Shown here in pieces: positions 1-11,100 of a DNA stretch of 64,000 nt (the first letter of the stretch is position 1; each line of letters begins with the position of its first letter). A program made the position numbers and the translations under genes. The notes under the pieces are model-generated. The model was given only the letters and a program-made list of their open reading frames with translations, had not been told where the DNA came from and did no database searches. This DNA is from Malacoraja senta (Eukaryota): assembly GCA_038087875.1 (NCBI GenBank), contig CM075990.1, forward strand, positions 14,324,001-14,388,000. Reading direction: 5' to 3'.

Positions 1-2157
1 TGCAGTTGAACTAAGGGGACTATGAAGGCATGAGAGGGGAGCTGGCCAAAGTAGACTGGAAAGGGATCCTAGCAGGAATGACGGTGGAACAGCAATGGCA
101 GGAATTTCTGGGCATAATCCGGGAGACGCAGGATCATTTCATTCCAAAAAGGTAGAAAAATTCTATGGGGAGTAGGAGGCAACCGTGGCTGACAAGTTAG
201 GGATAGAATAAAACTAAAAGAAAAGATGTATAACACAACAAAGAATAGCCGGAAGCCAGAGGATTGGGAAACTTTCATAGAACAGAAGGAAACAAAACGG
301 GCAATACGGGCTGAAAAGATGAAGTACGAGGGGAAGCTGGCCAGGAATATAAAGAAGGACAATAAAAACTTCTTTAGATATGTTAAGGGAAAAAGTGTAG
401 CAAAGTCAAATGTGGGTCCCTTGAAGGCAGACACGGGTGAAATTATTATGGGCAACAAGGAAATGGCAGAAGAGTTGAATAGGTACTTTGGATCTGTCTT
501 CACTAAGGAAGACACCAACAATCTCCCAGATGTATTGGAGGACAGAGGATCTAAGGGGGTTGAGGAACTGAAAGAAAATTTCATTAGGCGAGAAATAGTA
601 TTGGGTAGGCTAATGGGACTGAAGGATGATAAATCCCCTGGGCCTGATGGTCTGCATCCCAGGTCCTCAGGGAGGTGGCTCGAGAAATAGTGGACACATT
701 GGTGATCATTTTCCAATGTTCAATAGATTCAGGATCAGTTCCTGTGGATTGGAGGATAGCTAATGTTATCCCACTTTTCAAGAAAGGAGCGAGAGAGAAA
801 ACAGGGAATTACAGACCAGTTAGCCTGACTTCGGTGGTGGGAAAGATGCTGGAGTCAATTATTAAAGAGGTAATAATGGGGCATTTGGATAGCAGTAAAA
901 GGATTAGTGATTTATGAAAGGTAAATCATGCTTGACTAATCTTCTGGAATTTTTTGAGGATGTGACAAGTAAAATGGATGAAGGGGTGCCAGTGGATGTA
1001 GTGTATCTAGACTTTCAGAAAGCCTTTAATAAGGTCCCACACGGGAGACTGGTGACTAAAATTAGAGCACATGGTATTGGGGTTCGGGTGTTGACGGATA
1101 GAAAATTGGTTGGCAGACCGGAAGCAAAGAGTAGGAGTGAACGGGTCCTTTTCAGAATGGCAGGCAGTGGCGAGTGGAGTGCCGCAAGGCTCGGTGTTGG
1201 GGCCGCAACTGTTTACCATATATATTAATGATTTGGAAGAGGGAATTAGGAGCAACACTAGCAAGTTTGCGGATGACACAAAGCTGGGTGGCTGTGTGAA
1301 CTGTGAAGAGGATGTTAGGAGGTTGCAGGGTGACCTGGACAGGTTGAGTGAGTGGGCAGATGCGTGGCAGATGCAGTATAATATAGATAAATGTGAGGTT
1401 ATCCACTTTGGCGGCAAAAACAAAGGGGCAGATTATTATCTCAATGGGTTAGGTTAGGTAAGGGGGAGGTACACCGGTCACTGAAAGTTGGCGTGCAGGT
1501 ACAGCAGGCAGTGAAGAAAGCTAATGGAATGTTGGCCTTCATAACAAGAGGATTTCAGTATAGGAGTAAAGAGGTTCTCTGCAGTTGTATAGGGCTCTGG
1601 TGAGACCACATCTGGAGTACTGTGTAGAGTTTTGGTCTCCTAATTTGAGGAAGGACATCCTTGTGATTGAGGCAGTGCAGCGTAGGTTCACGAGATTGAT
1701 CCCTGGGATGGCGGGACTGTCATATGAGGAAAGATTGAAAAGACTAGGCTTGTATTCACTGGAGTTTAGAAGGATGAAGGGGTATCTTATAGAAACATAT
1801 AAAATTATAGAAGGACTGGACAAGCTAGATGCAGGAAAAATGTTCCCAATGTTGGGCGAGTCCAGAACCAGGGGCCACAGTGTTAGAATAAAGGGGAGGT
1901 CATTTAAGACTGAGACGAGTAAAAACATTTTCACCCAGAGAGTTGTGAATTTATGGAATTCCCTGCCCATGAGGGCAGTGGAGGCCAAACCACTGGATGG
2001 ATTTAAGAGAGTTAGATAGAGCTCTAGGGGCTAGTGGAGTCAAGGGATACGGGGAGAAGGCAGGCACAGATTATTGATAGGGGATCACAATGAATGGCGG
2101 TGCTGGCTCGAAGGGCCGAATGGCCTCCTCCTGCACCTATTTTCTATGTTTCTATGT
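1..2157 (+). mobile_element. CR1-clade LINE, frameshifted ORF2 (RT) and 3' end
   Basis: KSPGPDGLHP, NYRPVSLTSVVGK, YLDFQKAF, GVPQGSVLGP, FADDTKL, RPHLEYC; 3' tail CTATGTTTCTATG. Confidence 0.95.
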
Positions 2158-2890
2158 AACATGTTTCCTGCCTCTAGCGTGTCCAAGCCCTTAACAATCT
2201 TAAATGTTTCAATGAGATCCCCTCTCATCCATCTAAACTCCAGAGTGTACAAGCCCAGCTGCTCCATTCTCTCAGCATATGACAGTCCCGCCATCCCGGG
2301 AATTAACCTTGTAAACCTACGCTGCACTCCCTCAATAACAAGAATGTCCTTCCTCAAATTAGGGGACCAAAATTGCACACAATGCTCCAGGTGTGGTCTC
2401 ACTAGGGCTCTGTACAACTGCAGAAGGACCTCTTTGCTCCTATATTCGATTCCTCTTGTTATAAAGGCCAACATGCCATTCGCTTTCTTCACTGCCTGTT
2501 GTACCTACATGCTTACTTTCATAGACTGATGTACAAGGACCCCCAGATCACATTGTACTTCCCCATTACCCAACTTGACGCCACTTAGATAGTAATCTGC
2601 CTTCCTGTTTTTGCTACCAAAGTGGATAACCTCACATTTATCCGCATTAAACTTCATCTGTCCTCTCCCCGAACCTGTCCAAGTCACCTTGCATTCTCAT
2701 AGCATCCTCCTCACAGTTCACACTGCCACCCAGCTTTGTGTCATCTGCAAATTTCCTGTTACTTTGAATCCCTTCATCCAAATCATTGATGTATATTGTA
2801 AATAGCTGTGGTCCAGCACCGAGCCTTGCAGTACCCCACTAGTCACTGCCTGCCATTCTGAAAAGGACCCGTTAATCCCTACTTTGTTTC
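2158..2890 (-). mobile_element. CR1-clade LINE fragment, inverted relative to the copy at 1-2157
   Basis: Minus-strand [37 protein letters not shown] and KCEVIHFG. Confidence 0.93.
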
Positions 2891-3639
2891 CTGAGTGGTG
2901 TCAGAACAATTATCTCACTCTTCTGCCTTTGTTAGACAAAGGAGCTAATTGTTGCCTTCACCAACGCACTGACCGAACCTTCACAAATACTGCCCAAACC
3001 ACCATTGAATTGACCGACTAAACAGTAACAAAAACAGAGTAAAACAAACCATTAGTAAAAAGCTCGCTTCAGTTAAAAAACCCATCCCAAGTAAAAAGCC
3101 TGCAAGTTAAAAAAACACATCACAAGTAAAAACAAATGTAACTAATGAATAGAAACAAGTAAACAAAAGAAAGGCCTATTCCTCACTTTGTATTGCAGCT
3201 AGATAGATTAATTATGACTTTCTACCCAGCCTGAAGATCAAATAAATACTGGTCTGAATTACATTGAGATTAAGAAAAAAGAGAAAGTGAAGGAAAATGG
3301 TGAAGGTGTAAAAACGTGACAACAAGAAAGAACAGAGACCCTGTAGAAAAGAAATTAAAAAGAAAGGATTAAGAGATAGACCCTAAAGGGAAAAAAAGAT
3401 AAAGAGGAAAAAAAGAGAAAAACAAATACTTTGTGTATATATTTATAGAATGCCTTGTAGTAAATGCCTACTATGTTCTGTTGTGCTCAAGCAAAGCAAG
3501 AATTTCATTGTCCTACCAGGGACACATGACAATAAACTCACTTGACTTGACTTGACTTGGCAAATGGGATATACCAACTCTCCAGCTTTAATCCCCCTTT
3601 ACCTGACCTCAGTTTTTTTTTTTTTTTTTTTTTTTAAGT

Positions 3640-3978
3640 ACTTTTGCACCCTATACTTGTAATAATTCTATAAATGCAGACCACGTCAGGTGGAAGTGAT
3701 CTGGTTTACCTGCCAGGAGTCTTATCTCTTCTAGGTGTAATGTTTCAAACATATTTGAAATCCACATGTTTATAGTTGGTATTGGAGCGTTTTTCCAGAA
3801 TTTTAGGATTAACTTTTTTCCAGTTATTAACCCGTAATCTATTAATTTCTTTTGAAACACATTTAGTTCAGGACTATCTTCCGTTGTTCCGAAGATAATC
3901 CATTCTGCTTTTGGTATTAGTTTTATTTTAAATAATTTTGTAAACATTTCAAAAATTTCAAACAAGAAGTTATTGAGG
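3640..3978 (-). mobile_element. L1/Tx1-type LINE ORF2 C-terminal fragment
   Basis: IIFG...[33 protein letters not shown]; the same family occurs at 32560-33940. Confidence 0.8.
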
Positions 3979-3979
3979 G

Positions 3980-4445
3980 TAAGGACCAACTCCGCTAGGC
4001 GGAGGAGAATATCTATGGACGGGTATAGGTAGCTCCTCCGGTCGAGGAAGAACCGGAGGGCTTTGAGACCATCCTGGTGGGGGATGGAGGTGTAGAGTGA
4101 CTGGACGTCAATGGTGAAGATGAGGATGGGGGCCTAGAGAATGGAATGCACGGAGACAACGGAGAGTGTCTGAGGTGTCTTGAACATAGGTAGGGAGGGA
4201 TTTAACCAAGGGGGATAGGATGGAGTCAAGGTATGTGGAAATGATTCCGGTAGGGCATGAACAGGCAGAGACAATGTGCCTGCCAGGACAGTCAGGTTTG
4301 TGGATTTTGGGGAGAAGGTGAAATCGGGCCATGCGGGGCTGGGGAACGATGGGGTGAGGCGGTGGGGGGTGGGGGGGATTGGAGTGAGACAGGGTAGTGG
4401 AGAAGTTGAGGCGGTTGATGTCGCAATGGCAGTTTTGGATTAAAA
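3980..4445 (-). mobile_element. Penelope-like element RT fragment
   Basis: ARFHLLPKIHKPDCPGRHIVSACSCPT...LDSILSPLVKSLPTYVQDT followed (after a frameshift) by FTIDVQSLYTSIPH. Confidence 0.9.
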
Positions 4446-4599
4446 GTTCTAAAGCCGGAGGGCCAGGCCTATTCCTCACTTTGCATTGCAGCTAGATAGA
4501 TTAATTATGACTCTTTCTACCCAGCCTGAAGATCAAATACTGGTCTGAATTACATTTGCAGGGTTCGTAAGTAAGCAAATAGAGAAATAAGGCATCCAG

Positions 4600-5340
4600 A
4601 CAAAATGAAATGCAAATTGCAGCTCTTGCTGGTGCCTCTTTAAAGACACTCAGCAGCCCAACAATCGTTCATCCCAGGTTCAAGAACATCTTCCCATCAA
4701 ACATCAGTTTCCTGAACCACATTGCACCAGCAACAAATTTCAGAACCGAAAGCACATTTCTACTCACTTTTGCATTATGTCCATTATTTGGATCGTCTTC
4801 ACCAAAATAGCCGAAGCGCTCTCAATTAAACAGAATGTATCTGTCAACCACTTGGCTGTTAGATTTCAAAGAACCTCAACCTCCTCTATCTTCTCTGCTT
4901 CATGTTCCCGCACTTTTAAGGTCAAGCACATCTTAGGGCGACAGTTCTCTTTAACGAGTCTAATAACTCCTGCATGTCTTCCAACTCAACACAACCTACT
5001 TTCTGAGCCAAACTCAACCTTTTCCTCTGGTTTTACATAGACCATTACCAACCCTGAAACCTCTCAGTTCAGGCACTAGATGCAGGCACAGTTTTTATCA
5101 AACACCATTCACACACCAACTGTGCCCCATGCATCGCGAGCAAGTCTCTAATGTTAAAAGATTTCCAGAAATCTTTAACACTCATTTTACCATCACCAGT
5201 AGCCTTCATTACAGCATCAAATGTTTTGTTGAGATAATAAAAATTAAACATGCTAATCACACCTGGATCCATAAGAGGGATGTAGCATTCAGTAGAAGAT
5301 AAACTTGAATATTTCTGTTACTGCACTTTATGTTGTCACA
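4600..5340 (-). mobile_element. Degraded pogo/Tigger-like transposase fragment
   Basis: MDPGVISMFNFYYLNKTF...DFWKSFNIRD resembles the pogo QPMDQGVI..FK.YYL...FWK.FNI.D motif; extent approximate. Confidence 0.7.
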
Positions 5341-5747
5341 ATGCCATTACTAATAAATTATGACATGTTACCAAGTCTGAACTTCAAATCTTCATCTGAA
5401 CTACACTTGCACGTTTCTTAATTGATCATTACAAGTAGAGAAATAGAACATCCAGACATAATAAATACAAACAGCAGACTTAGGGAGTAAAATATTCAGC
5501 AGCTCTTACCAGACCTTTAGTAGTGCTGGATGAAGGAAGGTTGTAGATGTACTTCATCTTCTGGGACAGGGGACAATTCTCTCCATGGATGGATCATCTC
5601 CACAACCTGGCCAAGTTAAGCCCACTGGCCTTCAGTGAGTATGACATCTTCAGATAGATCTCGGATGACCTCCCTAAGGAGCACCTCGTGGGATTCCAGG
5701 CAGTGCGGGTTTTCCATTCAGATCCACAGTATGACCTACAATACAAT

Positions 5748-5820
5748 TGAGTGGTGTCAGAACAATGATCTCACTCTCTGCCTTTGTAAGACAAAGGAGC
5801 TAATTGTTGCCTTCACTAAA
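5748..5820 (+). mobile_element. Short Rex1/Babar-type LINE RT fragment (second copy at 2892-2962)
   Basis: EWCQNNDLTLCLCKTKELIVAF resembles the W..N.L.LN..KTKELIVDF motif. Confidence 0.6.
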
Positions 5821-7279
5821 GCACTGACCGATCCATCACAAATACTGCCCAAACCACCATTGAATTGACCGACAGGAAGTGCTAATACAACAGAGCTCTG
5901 GCCCATCCTTCTGTCCAGAGTGATCACCCATTTGTGGAAGTGGAAGGAGCAATTCGTTGGATTGCTGGAAGCACTGGATGTCACAGCACCAGGTGGGGAG
6001 CGATGAGACCTGGCGCTGCACTACTGTCAGAGCGATCTTGGAACTGCGGAGCTCCCTGTGGACATGCAGCTCCATGACTGGAGGCGGGTGCCCGGCCCGT
6101 CAATCTTGCAGCACCTGCCCCCTACGCTGATCGGACCTCGGGCTTCGTCCAATCAGCATGAACGGATTTTTGAGCGGGAAACCGAATCTGAGAAAGTTTC
6201 TGCTGTTGGCGAAGCCCGCAGCAAGTACAGCATGAGTGGACAACCCCTCATATGAACAACCTGCTCCAGTAAACAACCAGCCCCCCACCCACCCTGACTA
6301 AACAGTTACAAAAACACAGAGTAAAACAAACCATTCGTAAAAAGCTCGCTTCAATTTAAGAAACCCATCCCAAGTAAAAAATCTACAAGTTAAAAAAACA
6401 CACCTCAAGTAAAAACAAAAGTATCCAATGCGTAGAAACAAGAATAACAAGAGCAACCAACCACGTTTCTCCATTGATGTTGTCTCCATCTCCAGCTATT
6501 TCTGGTCTGTGATCTCTTGGCTTTTCCCGGAGATAATCTGCATCAGTTTTGCTGCTCTTGGTATTTCCTGGATGAATCTTTTCTTTCCATTTGGTATCTC
6601 TTTCACTTTCTTTTCGCCAGTATTGAGTCGCTGGTGGGGGTTCCCATCCCTGGCAAGGAGACTTCATTATGAGATATTCGCTGGTTATATATGGCACGCG
6701 TCCTCCTGTCAAAATTATCATCACAGCCATTGCAAAGAAGCGGCTTTTAGCAACTGAACAGACATTTGATCCATCGCTTATTTGCACAGGAATTCATCAT
6801 TACACTCAACAACACAAACACGATTCTTTAAGTGTTATTATACTCACCCTGGTAGTCGGCTTCAGGTGATCACTATCTCCTGCCAATGGGCTGAAAGGCT
6901 TATTCCTGCACCTTACCTCAGGTGGCTCTTTCAAGACCTACAGTTGGACCAGGCGGGATAAACTTGTAGACGCGCCAATGTCTTTGGTTATGATGGTGAC
7001 TCGCAGACTGAACAGTGCGCAGATTTGTGTCCTCACCAGTAAATAGTCCACCTCGACTAAAAAACACCTCGAGAAAAAAGAGTAAAAAAAGAGTTTAAAA
7101 AAAGCACGAATAAAATGCCCGCCTCGACTAAGCAAACCACAATCTCCAGTAAAGAGCTGGCTTTCACTAAAATTGACACAAGTAAAAAAATTACCATCAG
7201 CCATTGCAAAGAAGCAGCTTTTAGCTACTGAAGAGACATTTGATCCATCACCTATTGCCCAGGAATTCATCATAACACC

Positions 7280-8185
7280 GTTATACAAGAATTTTGCCTG
7301 AACAGTCTGCGACCCATAGCGCTATGTTTAAAGCCCAATGTGCTGTGGCCAGTAACGCGATGTTTAGAACCAAAGTGCTGCAGCTGATAGCTCTTTGTTT
7401 AAATTTCAGCGCGTTAAGCCAACAGCGCTGTTCAAACCTTTGAGCACCAAACTGGCAGTGCCGTGTATTACCTTTACGCACCGTCTGTATCGCTGTGTGA
7501 ATTGATTTGAGCGCCGTCTTTAGCGCTGTGTGTATGGATTTGTACACCAAGTCTGTAGCTCTGTGCATTGATTTGCGCACTAAGTCTGTAGCTCTGTGCA
7601 TTGATTTGCGCACCAAGTCTGTAGCTCCGTGTGTATTGATTTGCGCGCCAAGTCTGTAGCTCTGTGCATTGATTTGCTCACCAAGTCTGTAGCTCTGTGC
7701 ATTGATTTGCGCACCAAGTCTGTAGCTCTGTGTGTATTGATTTGCCCGTCAAGTCTTTAGCGCTGTGTGTATTGCTTTACATGCCAGTCTGCAGCTGATA
7801 GCGCTTTGTTCCCAAAGGAGGGAGGGGACGGGGCTTGCTGGGATGCAGTCCCCTGCCATTGGTTATAGTTTGAATATGGGAGAAGCTCTATTGTCCAGGC
7901 TTACCGGCAGTTATTTCAACAGCTGATTTCTTACCTGTATAAAGGCAGGCGCCAGGAAGCCATAAGTTAGTTCATGTACGAGAGGGGTTCACCAATGGGC
8001 TGAGTCGCGATCAGCGCCGGACGGAGGCATAGTGAGAGGTGTGCTGCTGTAAAACAGACCCGCGCATACCAGGACAAGTATTGTTTTTGTTCTCTCTTGC
8101 CAATAAATCTGATTTGTAAATAAACAGATGAGTGAGCCTTTTTCTGTTCTACTAGTCAGACCCTTGAACCCGTTCCCTTGTAACA
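7280..8185 (+). mobile_element. Solo LTR with 4-bp TSD
   Basis: Begins (T)GTTATACA and ends TGTAACA; CACC on both sides (7276-7279, 8186-8189); TATAAA 7938-7943; AATAAA 8102 and 8119. It interrupts a module that is contiguous in the sister copies. Confidence 0.8.
7478..7800. repeat. 33/35-bp minisatellite inside the solo LTR
   Basis: Tandem AAGTCTGTAGCTCTGTGCATTGATTTGCGCACC, roughly 8-9 copies with degenerate ends. Confidence 0.92.
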
Positions 8186-11100
8186 CACCTATCAACACAA
8201 ACACAATTCTCTAAGTGTTATCATACTCACCCTGTTTGTCAGCCTCAGCCAACGGGCTCAAAGGCTTATTCCTGCACCTTACCTTCGCTGGCTCTTTCAA
8301 AAGCTATGGTTGGACCAGGCGGATTAAGTAAATAGACGCGCCAATGTCTTCGGGTAAAATGGTGGCTCACGGCATGGACTGTGCGCAGATTCACCAGTAA
8401 AAGGTCCACCTCTTCTAAAAAACACCTTGAGATTTTAAAAAAAGCACACATCGAATTAAAAAACACAAGAGCGCAAGTAAAAAGCCCACCTCAATTAAGC
8501 AAACATCCATCTCCAATAAAATGCTGGGAAAATTCACAAGTAAACAGCCCGCCCTGACTTAAAAAGACACAACCCGAGGAAAAAAATGTTAAAACTCTGC
8601 TTCACACTTCAAATAAAAATCCCACCGAGATAAAAAAAACAAACATACCTCAAGTAAATACGAGTAAAAAGCCAGAGTTAAAAAGTTAGTTAAAAAGTTT
8701 TTTAAAAAATTAACTGGAGTAAAAAGCACATCGAGGTTAAAAAAAACATACTGCAGATTAAAGCGATTAAAAACCTGAGTAACCAATGTGTAACATGGGC
8801 GAGCACCCCCCCCCCCCCCCCTCTGATCTGTCCTCTGGCTTCGTTCAATAACCAGGAAAGGATTTGAGCGGGAAACCGAAGTGGAGAAAGCTTCCGCTGC
8901 GCTACATGAACAGCACGAATGGACAACCGACCCCTCATGTAAACAACCCCCCCCCCCCCCGCTAAACCATCGCGACTAAACAGTTACAAAACCACCTCGA
9001 ATAAAAACAACCAACTCGAGCAATAAAAAGTTGGCTTAGACTAAAAATCACAATTAAAATGCCCCCCCTCATGTAAATAACCTGCTCCAGTAAACCACCC
9101 CGACTGATCACCTACCCAGCCTAAACAAAACCACCACCCCGACCAAAGTTACAAACACCTCGAGTAAAACATCCAACGCCTAAAAAAAGAGTAAAAAGCT
9201 CAGCTCGAGTAAAAACACATCTCGAGTTAAAAACGCATGTCGAGTAAATAGAAACCACGAGTAAAAAGCTCGCCTCGACTCAAAACCCCACCTCGAGTTA
9301 AAGAAAGCACCACGAGTAAAATAAACTACGAGTAAAAAGCCTGCCTCGAGTAAATAATCACCTCATTAAGAAAGACTTCAAAAAACACATCGAGTTATAA
9401 AACACACCTGACCTCGAGTAAAATAACAATGTCCGCCTCGACTAAAAAGTACACTTGAGTAAAAATAAAAAAACTCGAGTTTAAAAGAGTAAAAAGCTCA
9501 CCTAGACCAAAACACCCATCTCGAGTAAAAAGCTGGCTTCGACTAAAAAACACACGAGTTAAAAAAAGGCCCAGTTAAAAACAAGAGTCACCAACGAGTA
9601 GACCAATGAATAAGAAGGACGTCCAACCTGGTTTCCCATTGATGTTGTCTCCATCTCCAGCTATCCTGGTCTGTGATGTCTTCTTGACTTTTCCCAGAGA
9701 TAAGCTGCATCAGTGTTGCTACTCTTGCTTTTTCCTGGATGGGTCTTTTCTTTCCATTTGGCGCCCCTTTCACTTTATTTTAGCCAGTATTTAGTCGCTG
9801 GTGGGGGTTCCCATCCCTGGCAAGGAGAGGCTTCATTATCGGATATTCGCTGGCTTTATGTGACGCTCCTTGCCCTCCTGTCAAAATTACCATCGTAGCC
9901 ATTGCAAAGAAAGAGTTTTTAGCAACTGAAGAGACATTTGATCCATCGCCTAATCGTGTAGGAATTCATCGTAACACCCATCAACAACACAACATTATTC
10001 TCTAAGTGTTATCACCCTGGTAGTCGGCCTCAGGTAATTACTATCTCCTGTCTGCGGGATCAAAGGCTTATTCCTGCACCTTACCTTCGATGACACTTTC
10101 AAGAGCAATGGTTGTACCAGGCGGGGTAAGCTTGTAGACGCGCCAATGTCTTCGGGTAAAACGGTGACTCGCGGCTTTGACGGAGCGCAGATTCACGTCC
10201 TCACCAGTACAAAAAAGTTCGCCACGACTAAAAAAAAGCAGAAAAAAATACCGATATTACAAAAAAAAGCACGAATATAAAGCCCTCCTCGACGATGTAA
10301 ACATCCATCTCCAATAAAAAGCAGAGTGCGACTAAAATTTACAAGTAAAAAGCCGGCCTCGACTATAAATCAGTTTTAAAAACTCGAGTTAAGAAAACAT
10401 ATCTTGGATTTTTTTTAAACGAGTAAAAGACCCGCCTAAACTAAAAAAAAACTGAACTCGAGTAAAAAGAACATCGATTTAAAAAATAATATATACCTCG
10501 AGTAAAAATAAGAGCAATCAACGCTGATCGGTCCTCGGGCTTCGTCCAATGAACACGAGGGGATTTTTGAGCGGGAACCCGAAGCGGAGAAAGTTTCCGA
10601 TGTCGGCGAAGTCCGCGCCCGCCACAAGTACAGCACTAGTGGACAACCCTTCATGTAAACAACCTGTCCCAGTAAACAACCTGCCCCGCCGCCTAAACAC
10701 CCACCAGACTCAACAACCACCCGACTCAAGTTACAAAAACTCCTCGAGGAGAAAGCACAGGTCGAGTAAAAACACACTAGTTAAAAACGCATGTCGAGTA
10801 AATAGAAATCACGAGTAAAAATCTCGCCTCGACTAAAAAACTATCACGACTAAAAAACCCACCTTGAGGTAAACAACACGAGTAAAATAAACTAGGAAAT
10901 AAAATAAACAAAGACTAAAAAAAATCACCTCGTTAAAAAAAACACTTGAGTTTAAAAAAAAACACGCTCCGAGTCACAAAGAACGAGTCAAATTCCCATC
11001 TTACTGAGTATAAAGCTGGCTTCGACAAAAAAAACACATCTTGAGGGGAAAAAAAATCACGTAAAAAAGCCGCCTCGACTAAAAATCACACCTCGAATAA

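Noticed and set aside
7281..7616. ORF with an 11-aa repeat VRKSMHRATDL
   Set aside because: Translation of the 33-bp LTR minisatellite; the 35-bp variants break the frame.
10600..10625. MSAKSAPA resembles the histone H2B N-terminus (PAKSAPA)
   Set aside because: No histone fold follows, and the motif is not kept in the other three P copies.
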